Positions 11,753-27,677 of a stretch of DNA of 49,242 nucleotides are shown here, in pieces (position 1 is the first letter of the stretch; each line of letters begins with the position of its first letter). The notes under the pieces were generated by a model, which was not told the origin of the DNA, ran no database searches, and worked only from the letters and a program-made list of their open reading frames with translations. This stretch comes from Perkinsus olseni. Its lineage: Eukaryota. Where the stretch lies: positions 62,001 through 111,242 of the forward strand of contig JABANN010000038.1 of NCBI GenBank assembly GCA_013115125.1, in the 5' to 3' direction. Made by a program: the position numbers and the translations under genes.

Positions 11753-13148
11753 ATGTCTAGCAAAGTTCTCGGACTGGTTTCCCAGGAGTGCCTCGACAAG
11801 TTTATGGCCTTCGACCTTGAGAAGTCGTGCGTGACTGAGTTCATGGTCAACGGCCTCAACATGGTAATCGTCGCTTTGAAGCTATAACCGTATCGATAAT
11901 CTCAGGGCGTTATGGCCGGGGCTCTCGCTGTCAAGCTACCGCAAATCATCAAGATCCTTGCTAATAAATCTGTTAAGGGTGAGCCCACTTCTCAGTATCG
12001 CTTCCGTACTTTCTGCGAGGACTAACTCGGTAGCCTAATATAGGGTATCACCCAATCGTGAGACCTGATTGGCCGTCCCTCGGCGGAGCTTTCATGCGTC
12101 TCCGAGAGCCACCCTTTCGCGGGTCCCATTTTCGCGCGCGTAGCCGACTCGCTTGCGCCCAGAGAGTGTCCGACATGCAATTTGGTAGCGACGCGCGTAT
12201 GTTCGTGCACTTACCTGAGATGATATTTCTGCGGATAGTATCAACATGTCCTACATGCGGTTTGTGACTATAGCCGCGACGACATTGGAGTTCAATTGAA
12301 TGACTTCAATCAAAGGAATACGCTGTATCGCGTGACCCGATCGTATCCTTCTTCAGGCATCTCGGAAGCTTCTTTCGCTCTCGAGTTCATCGCCAGCTCT
12401 CTCTTCTGCATCTATAACATGCTGATGCGACACCCCTTTGCCGCCTGGGGAGAGATGTTTTTCATCTCCGTGCAGTGCATGATCCAACTGATCCTCTTTT
12501 GGTGAGCCGGCACCACCTATACAAGACACATCAGGCAGAGTTCCTTTGTTAGGTGGTATGCGCCGCAGATAGACATCCTACCGAGAGTGCTGCTCATGAA
12601 TCTGGGTTCCTTCGGTTTCATGTGGGCGATGAGTGGACAGATGCCTCAGCAGGTCAGTGTCGCTGCTCTCTCTCTGATTCACCTAGACCCTTCCTTCTTC
12701 AGCTTCTGCCCTTCTTGGGTATGGCACCAGCGATTCTCGGAATCGCAGCAAGGCTCCCTCAGATCGTCCTCAACTTCAAGCAAGGAAGCACCGGTAAAAC
12801 TTGCGAATTCAACTGGCTCGCTGGTTCACCCATATATCGGAATCGTCTCCGCGTTGTGATGCGTTCCATCGCAGGACACCTGGCCTTCCTCACATTCTTC
12901 CTCTCCTTCATGGGAAATCTTGCCAGGATCTTCACAACTTTGAAACAACTCAGCGATCCTGTCACTCTGTAAGCGCCTGCTCCTGCCCCGATGCTCGTCA
13001 TAGGAATCCCCTCTTCTTCAGGGCTTCTCATGGCTGCGCTGCCATCTGCAACGGCACAATAGTGGCCCAGATATTGTATTACTGGAACGCCACCAAGGCT
13101 GCTAACGCGCAAGAGGAGAAATCGAAGAAGGCAAAGAAGGAGGAATGA
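11753..13148 (+). CDS. MPDU1: Mannose-P-dolichol utilization defect 1 (PQ-loop) protein, multi-exon
   Basis: MSSKVLGLVSQECLDKF...GALAVKLPQIIKILANKSVKGISEASFALE...HPFAAWGE...[37 protein letters not shown]...CNGTIVAQILYYWN...KKAKKEE. Two PQ loops and a C-terminal KKxx ER-retrieval motif. Confidence 0.9.
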
Positions 13149-13239
13149 GTGTATTAATTGCTGCGCTTCCCCGTTTCTATGTTGTTGGATAGCTTGAGTA
13201 CACAGTTCCCTCAACGGTCCGCAACCTCTGCACTGGGGG

Positions 13240-14211
13240 TTATTCGAACGACTTGAGCTCGCTCCCTATATAACATTCGTCGCGATGGCTTGCTTCTTGG
13301 CTTGCTTTCGGGGACCTGTGCATTTATTTGAAGAATGCTTGGACGAAAGCTCAGACAGCGCACAGGGGTCCTGCAAGGAGCTCATCCTTGCAGCGTGCTG
13401 AGTCTGACAGAGTTGTGTGCCAAACGCACTTTAGGGGACGAGCAACGAGAGGTAATGACTCCGGTTCAAACTGTACCTCCAAGCACACGTGCTTTCCAAA
13501 TTGTGGCTGGGCTTTTCTGCAACGTTGCTGTCTAATCACTCGCTATATTTCTTATCGCTCGAAGCTGCCTGCAGAGCGATAACGTCCTTGTTCTACCGTT
13601 CAAGCTCGAAGTACGCTAGATGACGAAGCCATGTGACTGATAACCCAACAGTGTGCATCAGGATAACTCTCGCAAGTAGTCCCGAGGCCAGCTCGAGTCG
13701 CCATGGTAAGGCCACTGCACTGGGAGCCAAGCGCTGTCGTTCTCGTCCTCGTCAACTTTCGCCTTTGGTGCGGCCTGAGAAGGTTGAACCCAGCTCGATG
13801 GCAGGAGAAAAGGAAGTTCGTTGGTGAAACCAGTCGATGAGGCCGCAGGTCTCTCTCGTGAGAAGAGGCTCCTTTTACCTTTTGCAGTGCCTTCTCCACT
13901 TTTTTCTCCAAACTAGAGAAGATGCTGCGTTCTTCGCCAGCCGCATCAATCTGACCCGAGATGTCCTCCAGCAAGGCCTTCGACCTCTTCGGTGAATTGT
14001 TACGCAACCTATTACATTAAGTTGTCACACTCACACACACACGCTCGACCGATATGAGTAGTTCCACCGCCTTCATCATTGTATCCTCGACGGCCTACCA
14101 GAATGTCGCCCAAAAGAGGCTGCAAAGCACCTCCTCCTTCATAACGAGGGCTTGCGGAGCACCCTTTTTCTTCTTCCCCTTGCCTTTGCCGATTTTCTTC
14201 TTGCCCTTCAT
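13240..14211 (-). CDS. Hypothetical multi-exon protein with Lys-rich N-terminus; 3' end uncertain
   Basis: MKGKKKIGKGKGKKKKGAPQALVMKEE|...RNNSPKRSKALLEDISGQIDAAGEERSIFSSLEKKVEKALQK|...DEDENDSAWLPVQWPYHG, with short GT..AG introns. Confidence 0.45.
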
Positions 14212-14339
14212 TAGTAGCCGGCTGCGTCTCAACCTTCGTGTAAGATGCCAATACTCACCGCCCGTATCGCCTACCCCGTACACAAGGAGAGATTGACCCG
14301 AATGAAACCAGTTTATTTCCTATCCAGCATGCTTTGTAC

Positions 14340-15802
14340 TCAGCCGAGCTTGCCGAGGGTCGCCTTCCTCATCATGTGAGCAATTGAGCGATCAACAAGA
14401 GCATCGACTAAGCCAGCGACGGTGAAAACACCGCCAACAATAGCACAGACTTGGACCAAAAAATGCGCAAACGACTTGCGCGTTTCAACAAATTCGACAC
14501 TGACGGTGGAAAGATCGTACCGGAGGTAGAGTGACGGTAGCAAAGGATTAGGTACGACGTTGCTGTTAGCCGTGAATTGATTTACTCTCTGGACTCCGGA
14601 GGCCGATATAAAAGTGGTCGGCACGACTTTGGTATAGTATTCGAAAACAACAGGCTCAAGTTTTCCTAGTTGATTCCGCTTGACATCCTTCGCCAGGCCG
14701 TCCAAGGGAGCGAGGATGTCAGCGTGCGGCCAGGCGACGAGAGCTGACCTGGTCAGAAAGTTGACCGCGACAACAGCTCGAAGGCTCGTCTCACCGTATC
14801 TCATCTTCGTCTCCAAATGACAAGTGATTAACTCTGTGAGACATATCAATTTCATAGCGCTTCTTATCATCATCGCTGTTTGCTCTCGGATGATACAACC
14901 CAGATCCCCCCAAGTAGCTGCCATACCCACCAAGAAGGAAGGAGACAGAATGAGACGACAGGTGGATATGCCCAGGGACCTGCCAGGCACCAGCCTCAAC
15001 CAGAGGCCGGTGTCTCACGGATAACGCTCACTCGATTGACTTTGACGAAACCGACAAGGCGGCATCCTTCCCTGTCATCCAGCATCTTCCGAACTCGCTG
15101 AGCGCTCTCGCCTGCGACACCGCTCCCACCAAACTAACGAATGCGATTCCAACGGCGCCAAGTTTGATACGAGAGCCTCACCAGCCCCTGGCTCCACAGG
15201 CCTTGGCCGAGCATACCACTGCTGCGACTCGCCTTCACTTCGTCTTTCGCGATCACTTCGCCCGACTCCGTTAGTCTACGTGCACTATCCATGCGCTTCT
15301 ACCGTATCCAGCCGCCTCACCTCTCGGCGAAGAAGTGGCCGCTGACTTCAACTGAATGGCTGCCCATCACATCCTGGGCGTCGAAAGAAAGCAAGTCACA
15401 CGGCAATCGAGGGAAGGAAATGTCGAGGTTAATCTGAGCAACGCTAAGTACCGAACGATCCGGTGGGGTGAAGGGACACTCTACCTGTAACTGGGAGTCA
15501 TAATCTTCCTTATTGTGTTCTATGAGCATTCTGGAGGTCCTTTGGGGCGTGAGGTAGTCTATCAGCTCGCTGATGAATAGATATCTGCGGAGTCCGATGT
15601 CCTCGAGCCGCCCTCTCCGAAAGATGAAGCTCAGTCGCAGAGTTCCGATAGTGCTCACATTGCAACAACCAAGGTGATGACGCTGATTGTGGCTCCTGTA
15701 GTGGTCCCCTCAGTGAGATCTGATGGCGGACGCGGTCCAACGCGGGAGAGGCGATATGATCTCACCTCGCGGGAGTTTCCGGTACATGTCGAACGACTTC
15801 AT
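14340..15802 (-). CDS. ER-Golgi intermediate compartment protein (Erv41/Erv46/ERGIC family), multi-exon
   Basis: MKSFDMYRKLPR|DLTEGTTTGATIS...LFISELIDYL...INLDISFPRLPCDLLSFDAQDVMG...GCRLVGFVKVNR|VPGHIHLS...DMSHRVNHLSFG...FEYYTKVVPT...LRYDLSTVSV...FAHFLVQVCAIVGGVFTVAGLVD...LGKLG*. Confidence 0.93.
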
Positions 15803-16103
15803 CGTACGGCCGTTTCGTAGGAGGCGAGGGAAAGTTGAGGGACCCGCGGACAACGGAAGGTCACACAGAAAGAAGAAAGACCGTCTTTCAACGATACCGT
15901 GTCGCCCAGCGCTGCTGTCTCTAGCTAGACACAGGTGACACAGGCAACTATCGTCCCGGTGTGACAACCAGAACACGTTCGTGAGTCAGAGAAAACGACT
16001 ATTCCTGAAAACTGAGCATGGGAAGATCAATCAGGCGCATGCAGCTCTTCTCCATCATCGTCCGCTATGATCCCTGAAAGTTTCGAGAATTTTCACATGC
16101 GTT

Positions 16104-17529
16104 TCAGGCTGGAACGCCCCGGCACAGCAGAGGATTACCGAAGTGCCGGTCTAGCTCGGTGAGGTCCATGTCTTCGGCGACCGCGCTCACGACACTTTTG
16201 TCCCCAATAACCCAACGACAAGATGGATTCGCTTCATGTGGAGGGCCGCACTGAGCTGCCTTGGGAGGGGCCTCGATTCTCGCTATTATGGCCGCCCAAC
16301 GTTCCAGCCTGCCAACTGATCGAGATTGCATCCTATCGGTATGACCTGCCAGAAGAGATGGGAGATGTTGACGAGTAGGCAGGAAAAGTTCCACCAATGA
16401 CGGACATCAATATTCATGGACCTAGAGCGGCAGACGTACCAGTTGTTTTTGGTCGCACACTATTCGCAGTGGCTGGTCGAAGCCTTCGAAATGCCGAGCC
16501 CTCACCGGTCCTCCCGTCATTGAGACTGTCTGCTGCACAATATGAGTATCATCTAGGGCTCAGAATGGAGCCTTCTAGTACGTTTGGGAGCGGTCTGGCG
16601 CGGGTTAGGCCCCTTGGCGGCAAACTGTGAAATATAACCACCGCTGCTAGGGCGAGCGCGACTCGAGACGGCACTTCCTGGCCGGGAGAGAGATCCGGAA
16701 TCTGCCACACGATCAGTACTCACGGAATACTATTTAGATTGTTATATCGCCGATTAGACGCGGCGGAAAACGAGTGGCCGCGCCACCTCTCGCCCGGAGC
16801 CCCCGACGCCGTTCAGAGTGAGTACTATGCTAACCGACGCGAATGTATTTGTGGGGAGGACTCTTGGTAGGACATGCCTGCTAGGCCCTTCAAGGACAGG
16901 CTGGTTATGATGAGAGGGTTTGTCGTTGGTTCCTCTCGCAGTTCTTCAAGCATGTCACCTGAAAAACCAGAAGCTGGAGCAACCCAGACTCTGGAGCCTT
17001 CAGAAGAACGTATAGCGGGCCCCGCGAGTCGCTGGATTTGCCGTCGAGATTGACGTACCGGTAGGGAAGTGAGCGGTTCTGGGCCGAGGAACGTTAGACA
17101 CCGGCAATGGCTCCTCAGCGAGGGAATCCTGATGTCGATAATGGCTGTGAACACCGATCTGCGCTCCAACACCTTCGATCTATGCTTCACCGGAAGGCCT
17201 CGCAGAGTTGACGAATCTCGACCATCTCGACTCGGGGAGGCAGATCCTATTATACGGAGCTCATTACTGGCGCCGTCAGGAGAACTTTCGCGGTCGTATT
17301 CAACCAGTGGGGCCGGGACGGATGGCACATTGATCAAGCGTCGACAGATTGGCCGTCTTCGCCCTGAACAGAGATCACAGAATATCCGTACAGATATTCC
17401 TGACGTCTGGGAGACGTTGCTCCGGCTGAGTACCACCTCCAACCGAGGAGCCGAAGGAGGGCGATTAAGCAATCCGCCCAGCGAGCCCCACCCGAGGAGA
17501 CCAAACGATAGTGACAACGTAACTCGCAT
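16104..17529 (-). CDS. Hypothetical signal-peptide protein, multi-exon
   Basis: MRVTLSLSFGLLGWGSLG hydrophobic N-terminus. Minus-strand ORF segments 16825-17532 and 16104-16397. No family recognised. Confidence 0.4.
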
Positions 17530-17543
17530 CAAAGCGGATTACT

Positions 17544-18844
17544 TCAAACTTTGAAGGCGTCAAGGAGTCGCTCAGCACGCGGGAGACTTCAGATCCCTCG
17601 ACGTGTGATATTCACCTGTCGAACTCGGTCTCGGTTCTTCATTATTGTAGAGCTTCATTGGGTTGCCAGTCAAGGCCAGCCTCTCTCCTTCAAGGGCATC
17701 CCGTTGCACGCGACATCGAGATGTGGGTGGGCCGAGTGCTGCCTCGGCGGGCTGAGAACGAAGCCCGGCTTTTCATGGACTGACTAACTGACCTATAGTC
17801 TCCGCGATGCAATTTCCGGCCGAAAAAATTCACAGATTGATCACCGATTACGCGAGCGTCTTCTTTCCCCAGGCTATACCTTCATAGGCTATCAAATAAT
17901 GCAAAGTTTTGCGCTAAATTTCCGGACGCAACAGCCCGCAGAGCGATGTCTTCGTTCTGAGCTGTTCCACTTCCAACCCCATCTTCCCACTCGGGCCTCG
18001 ATCCTTCCAGTGACAGCTCGGCGCTCGAAGTTTCTCTCGTTGGCCATCAGTGTTGGTCGACGCTGTGAGGCGCACCGTGATCGAGAGATCGCAGACATCG
18101 GCCTCGCTGACAGGGTTCGCTATACCACTGCGTTTGGCATCAAGCGGGCTGCACCATTGTAGCTCCTTTGCCGTACTGACCGTGTTGGAAAGGCACCACT
18201 ATACGACTTGGCCCCCTCCAAAGCTCCACCTAGCTGCATTCATGGGCCCGAAGTTAATGACGACCAACTACCATGAACAGGGTTGGGAGAAGTAGGCATT
18301 CCGGCGTTCGGGGTGATCGCCTTGCAATCGGGATGGGTCATGGAAATGCTGACATGATACAGGCCCTGAAAAGGCCGGTTGCGCCCAAGAAGGGACCCTC
18401 TTGGAGTCCGCTAAATTTTCAAACAGCTCCGGTGGATGGAGTACTTTTGACCGAAATCGGCCAGATGCAGCGCCCTGGGGAGGGTCCCTTGGGTTCGGTC
18501 AAGGACCGCTGCCATGCTTGACAAATTCGAACCCTGAAGCAACTGAGTGGCACTTCAGACCGAGGCTGACGGGTAGCTGATCTTTGCCTGTTGGCAACAT
18601 CACCCTCGATTCAGTGACTGCCCCTTCCCACGACCTTCCAAGTCACTTCTGGGGCAGCCAAGTATCCTTTCTTTATTCGAGGGACTGTACTTAAAGCGTG
18701 CCTAATGTTGACGTGCCCGGGCGGACGAGGGTCAACAGTTTCTTGTCCCGCATATAACCAGGCCCTCGACCCTTGACAACTCAAGATAGGACTCGAGTAA
18801 AAATAGTATTACTTATAGCCACATATGGTTACTGCAACCCGACA
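17544..18844 (-). CDS. Possible hypothetical spliced gene
   Basis: Pyrimidine tract before ATG at about 18844 and several short GT/GC..AG-bounded coding-like segments (e.g. EAALGPPTSRCRVQRDALEGERLALTGNPMKLYNNEE). Frame could not be fully resolved. Confidence 0.25.
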
Positions 18845-19003
18845 TAGACGCAGAACAGAACAGACGACAAATCACGGGAAAGAAGAAGTGCGGCAGAACT
18901 CCTCACCACGAGTTCACTCTGACACTGAAGGTGATATGAAATACCTATTCATGATACAAGAGGCAGATGGTATGAGATAGAAGGGCCCTGTGATGAGGAT
19001 GTG

Positions 19004-20428
19004 TCAAACCAGTTCATGCTTCGCTCCGCCGTCCAAGACGAGACCGTTCTCCGACCTTCTTGTCTCTGAACCAAACTCATGTCGACTCTGCGTTCCCCCC
19101 TCCCTTCCCCTACTTCTCCTCAGCAGCCTCTCTTGCTTCGGATCTCAATAGCTTCTGATGAGCCTGCGCAGACCGCTGAGCTTCCCTTTGATTGTTTCGT
19201 TTCTCAACACGGAATCTGATCCACCAGCACATTGATCGACCACAGTGAGGGAAACCCCCTACTGTTGTTCCCGCTGTTTCCTAGCGCTCCACTCCTGCTT
19301 CTGCTCCTTAGTGTGAGCATGTCGCCCTCCTTTCCGCATGTAATACGCACCATCAATGTACCTGCAGGAAACTAGTGTGCACTAGTCATCAGCCTTAGTC
19401 ATCAGAATGGCTGTTGGCGAATCCTTCGGCACAGAGTTCGGGTCACGCTGGGTATTAAATCGACGGTCGATTCATCGAAACGGGAGTCTCTCAAATTTCA
19501 AACTCATCAGGGACATTCATGCGGCCCAGTATCTTCCCAGAGCACAGGAAGCATCCTTACTCTTCGGGAGCGAAGTTGGGTAAGGATGTCTCGTCGGGGG
19601 CAAAAAGCTCTTTAGTGGACTTGAATAGAGAGTTCTGAATACCGTCGCTGCTGGTCATGTTGAACTCAACAGACGGAGCAGCGGACTCCATACTCGCGTT
19701 GTTCGAGGAGCCTGCGGATAAGCGAGATTTCGCGTCATCGATGTGGGCTCCGCTTTCTTACTCGTGCCGGAGGACTTGACAGACCCTGAGGACTCTTCGG
19801 GTGTTGAACTAACCACAGACTCAACGGACCTAAAATAGAAAGCAGTGCGGATGACATAGATAATTCAACAAAGGAGTGGTATGACAGTCCCAGCACATTG
19901 TTTACTCTAAGTCACGTCGTTCCTTCCTCTGCTTCCTCTTCTCACGATTTTTCCGCTTGCCTTCAGACCCCGCCACTGCCCAACCCTCCTCCTCGTGTGC
20001 TATCTTGTCCATTGAAAACTTATCAAGTATCTGGTAAACCACAGAATCTACGCCCTATTTTACAAGGCGAAAAAGTAATCTTCGCTACATGCTGAAGCAT
20101 AGAGAGAAACCAATCTATTGTATTCATTCGACTCGACGCAACTCAGAACTAGCAAAATCATGCTCAGTTCAAGTCTCGCGCTCATCGACGGTCGAAACTG
20201 ACCCAATACGTTTTCTACCAAAAGGACCTCACGGGCAGGTCAGTTTCCGGGAACTCTAAGCGGCCTACCCGCTCGGCACGGAGTTCGTTCGCGTAGATCC
20301 AACAAGCCGAGTTTCTCACGCTCACACGAAGTCTTGAAAATTCCGCACCGTCATACTACCAGGGAACGTTCTCTTTCCGTTGCGATTTTCTTAGGGCTCT
20401 TATCTCCGCTCTCCTCATCGTGCTCCAT
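19004..20428 (-). CDS. Hypothetical charged/coiled-coil protein, multi-exon
   Basis: MEHDEESGDKSPKKIATERERSL|...GKRKNREKRKQRKERRDLE|...YIDGAYYMRKGGRHAHTKEQKQEWSARKQREQQ|...QREAQRSAQAHQKLLRSEAREAAEEK|...GGAKHELV*. Confidence 0.5.
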
Positions 20429-20949
20429 ATGAAAACTTTCCGACCTCTTCCTCACTGCTTTGGGTGACGTCTTCGGGGAATGCCCCGAGCTATCGAAGCT
20501 CGATGGCAACCGAGAGAACCGAACCCTGAGAACCCGAAAATAACATCGAACTCGAGGGCCTTTCCTAATGAGCCATCCAGAGATAGGCATCATGCGCCTT
20601 CTGGGCACCTAGGACCACCCTTCGGTCGCACGAATAAAGCTTGCGAGAGGGGTTTCTACTAAAACGGAGTTGCAGAATTTCCCACACCCTTCGAAGCGCT
20701 CTCGAAAGCGATCGCAAACCGAAGCCTGCCTAGAACGACGGTCAATCTAGTATTTCAACAATTACTACAATGATATTTGAAAGCAAGAAGTCATTTCCCC
20801 ATTACTACCATCGATTCCCATCTGACATGTCGGTGAAAGATAAGAAAATGCGTTGGTTAAAAAGCTGACAACATGAACTGCTTCGCTCCGCTGTCAACAA
20901 CGCGTTTGCGTGCGCGCTCGTTCTTCAACGCAGTTAAGTTGGCACGTCC

Positions 20950-23615
<2,666 letters not shown>

Positions 23616-24376
23616 CGGCACCTAGCTGGGCATGGCGGTAAGGGGCTGGTCTTGACTCTCTTTATTAACTAGAGCTATTTGACACTACAGACTATGCTTT
23701 TTCCCTATTTCGATAGCTTTCCAATAGTATTGAGGCCGATGGTTCGCTTCACGCTGCGCACTTGTTCTTATTCAAGCAAATGATGTGGTTGTGGTTCCTA
23801 GGAGCACTCGGTCAAGGGGAATTCATTCGGGTGCCGAAAATGCAGCAGTTGATTTCCGGCACCCGGAATTATTATGGAGGAACTATGCGTGTTATTTTTT
23901 TGCGGTTGTATCAGGTCCAAGAAATTGCCCTGGAGGCCCACCGACCAAAAAATTGAGGAAAATCAGGAGATGTTGGACGTCCTCCCTTGCGAAGGTTACT
24001 GCAACACAGAAGTATGTTGCAAAACTTTAATGATCTCGTTTGGCAGCCCCTGAGGAGGCCGGCCGGCGCATTGGACGCCGAGGCTCAGAGACGAATCTGG
24101 CGGAAGCCGACAAGGCTAAGCTGCGGGTCAGGAAGTGTTCGAGATGCTGCGTCTCAATCACGTGGAAGTGAATGCACTAGTCGCTTAGAGAACTTACTAG
24201 GATGCGGATGTACGCGGGCGACGCGCATAAGTTGTAGACTGCGAGGCAATCCGTCATTTCCAAGGTGCTTCGCTCCGCTGACGATCATTACGTGCTTCAG
24301 GAAATGTTCGAGGAGTTCAAGCAGCAGCGTGATAGTCTAAAGTCTAGCAGGAGTATTACCGAGGATCTCCCCTCCT

Positions 24377-25871
24377 TTAGTGAATCTCCGTGAGACATGC
24401 TGGATGAATGTATGTGGGAAAGTCTCTATCACCACTGAAGCCGGTCCGAGTTACGAAATTCATTTCGGGGGTTTTGTTGGTTGTCTCTACGAAGGTTATC
24501 CTACCCAGTGTCTTGCCGATTGGTAAATTGGCGTCTGTCAGGGTATTGTTACTTCTGCTGGCCTTTTCGTGAAGTCGATCAGCATGCTCGTCACCCACAG
24601 GCAGACCCAGCCCCACGTGCTCCTCGATGCGAATCCGAGAGCCGAGAAGCTCCATTTTAGGACCGACTCCACCGTTCGAGAGGATAGTGAGGGAAGTAGG
24701 AGGGCCTCGCTGCGTAGCTCCATTGGCGTACGTCGTGAGGTTGACATAATCCAACGCTTTTCTAGTGTGGATTTGCTGGAACTGGGCGAGGTTCCTGTTT
24801 GGACGCAACTTTCGGCTGATGCATGGTACTCTTGCCCTTCGCGTTGATGTCTGTTCTTGTAGACTACAAGTTGTAGTCTGTAGGTTGCATGTGAGCTATG
24901 AAGCCCGCAGGTACCACTACAAGCGCTGGATCTTGGCCCGGGCGCATCGAGGGCTTCGGACTCCCGCCTCGCTCGAGCTTCGATCAGCTGCAATGCGATG
25001 GACTAGACACGGTTTACGGTGAGGTGTATCAGGAGTAAGATGTGAGGACGCCTTTCCTCACAGGGGCGGTCGCTCCTTTAAGCACCTCCGATGCAATCGG
25101 CTCGAGTGCGACCCCACCAGCAGTTGAATTCGCCGAAACCACCAGGGCCAGCGCTACTTCGGTAAGAAACGATTTCAATCGATGAGCGGAATTGTCTGGG
25201 CAGATGTCGCTTGAAGATCTTCGCGCCGCACTTCAAGCCTCTCACAAGCGCATGATGGCCATAGTTGACGAGGAGAACGGTCCTACTGTGGACGGGGAGG
25301 CATCAGCGCAGCCGCCTCCGAGCAAAGCCCGTTGTCAAGAACTTATTAGGGGCTCCGAAGGGGACGCCCGCCTGAGACAGTGGGCGGAGCGAAGCGGATT
25401 TTGAACAGCCAGAAATTAAAACTACGATGTTCGATTTGATTATCAGTCACTGCACGTTGGTGTTATCATGAGGGAGTAATTAGTAAGTCATGAACAAGCT
25501 TAGTCAGCGTCGTCAACATTATCGTTATCGGGGGCAAATGCCTATCAGTAGTAGAATAGGTATTATTACGGTAGTAATCACTTATGTCATTTCTGTTGAG
25601 TCTTGCAGCGTTGTGTTAGTCAGTTTGCACGTCTTTGGTGTAGCAATACGATGGTTCTTACCTGCCTCGTGATGAGGCCCTCAGCTGACCTTTTGTCGTC
25701 TCGAGAAAGCTCCCCTTTTGTCGAATTGCTAGAGAATATGGGCGTCCTAGCACTAGACTGGGCGACTCGCTCGCAGCGAGTTCTTCGGTAGAAACCCGAA
25801 CTCCACTGTTCTCGAAACAGGGCGAAAAGTTGGGGCAAACTTTTCGAGCCAGAAATGTAGCGCTCAGACAT
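24377..25871 (-). CDS. Hypothetical multi-exon protein
   Basis: First exon MSERYISGSKSLPQLF...GLITRQ ends at a CAG|GTAAG donor. Last segment ...EMNFVTRTGFSGDRDFPTYIHPACLTEIH*. Internal phasing unresolved. Confidence 0.35.
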
Positions 25872-25925
25872 GAGAGTGGGACCCTAGGAGTCCTAGGCTA
25901 GGACACTTTCATCACCGTTGCAGTT

Positions 25926-27287
25926 ATGATAATGAGATGGGGGTTGCTCATCCTAGCCGCGTGCATCTATCCGGTTGGGGCTTTCGAGTTGGATGCGCAC
26001 TGGAATGATATTCCGGCAATGCTTCTGCCGGTTTTGGACGAGCAACTCGGTACTCCAACCAGTGCAGTGCCTGTAGGCAACGCGACGTCTCAGGAAGCTC
26101 GAACTTCACGACTGTTGAAGAATACTTGAGGAAGAACATAGAGTCGCCTGAACGACGGGTTTATACCGTCCCGCAAGCGAAGACTTTTCTGGCGGCCTTA
26201 TTGTAGCGTCATGCATCGAATGAGCTTATCACAGTCGTACAGGCACTTCCGTGGGAACACTGTAGCTCATATGCAAGAAGCGGATGAGCTGCTGTTGGAG
26301 CTTTTGCAAAGACCACCGGAGGAGATACCGATACTCGAGACAGGTGCTGTGGATCCACTGGAAAAGCTCGATAGTGGTTATGGACAGGGGCATGGACTGG
26401 CAAGGACGCCGCGGACTTCCACGTTCATGACAACAGCCTCGCAGCAACGCTCGCGTCTGTGATGTTCAACGAGACAGACCCTGCATATGTTGCATGCGAG
26501 TCAGTTATCGACTTGGGTTGCGGATTGGGCCTCTACGCGAGGGACTTCGAGGTGACGAGGTTCGACTATTTGACGAGAGCAGCCAGCTCTGGTTGGGCTT
26601 CATATCGACTAACAATGCGATTTTGAACCTGCCATACGTCCGTCGAGGTCCGCTCTCGTCCAGCGGCTTCGGGATAACCGTGCTGTAGACGACACGAGTA
26701 TTGGAGAGTCAAGCTCTCAGGCAGTGGCAGCGATCTTCGGGGAGCATCCGCGTATCGTTTGCGTCGATGGCAATCCTCACACTAAGACTCTTTCGGGCGG
26801 GCGCTGCGACAGTGTCGACCTCACAGATGACGCTGAGATGATGTACAATTGCCTAATGAAATCGCTTCACTCACCTCTCGCGACGCCTCAGGAAACTTGG
26901 TCGTTTTGACTGCGCCATTTCTCTGGAGGTGGCCGAGCATATCAAACGCCCGTTAGAACGGCGATACATAAGAAATATGGTATGGAAGGCCCTTCAATCG
27001 AATCGATTGCGATGTACTTTAATCAGGTTCGGTCAACGGCAAGGGTATTGTTCCTCAGTTGGGCCCGGCCAGGTCAGGGAGGAGTAGGCCATTTCAACGA
27101 GAGACCGCAGTCCCACATCGAACACCTGCTGACGAGAGCGTTCAACTTCGTGCGAGACACGGCCCTCGAGGAGCGGCTCAGAGCATCCGCCCTGATGCTG
27201 CACTTCACTGATCCCCGTTCGGGTGTTATGGTCTTCAAAAGGCGTGCATGGGACAGCGACAAACGAATTATGGTCAATCCTGAGTAA
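25926..27287 (+). CDS. Class I SAM-dependent methyltransferase with N-terminal signal peptide, multi-exon
   Basis: MIMRWGLLILAACIYPVGA signal; VIDLGCGLGLYARDFE (motif I, about 26503-26550); IVCVDGNP; FDCAISLEVAEHI; VLFLSWARPGQGGVGHFNER. Confidence 0.82.
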
Positions 27288-27677
27288 TCAGTATGCTGTT
27301 GCGTTCCGTCCGTAGTGAACCTTCGTGGCAGAAGATTTTCTGCGTACTTCCGTCATGTTTTAACTACGAGAGGCACGTATCGATCTATGGCATCTTTCTC
27401 AATTGGTATTCCTGACAAGTCTCTTGTCAGGAAGCTGGGGAGAAGTTTGATCATCGATTGCCTGGTGTTGCTCCGCTTTGCCGAGTGAGAATACTGCGTG
27501 AGGTCTCGTCGCAGGCATGTGGACTTTTCCAAGGTTGCTTGAACTCCATTTTAGAAGCACATTACACACTCGCGCCATCAACTAGTACGCAGCACAACCC
27601 AGCAATGAAACAATAGTTAAGAGTAACACTAGTAACGTACGTTGGTAAGGGCCTTGGCAGCCACTATGAGGCCAATA

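Noticed and set aside
11753-17529. Apparent secretory/glycosylation cluster (MPDU1, ERGIC, signal-peptide genes)
   Set aside because: Mixed strands and unrelated genes in between; no evidence beyond chance adjacency
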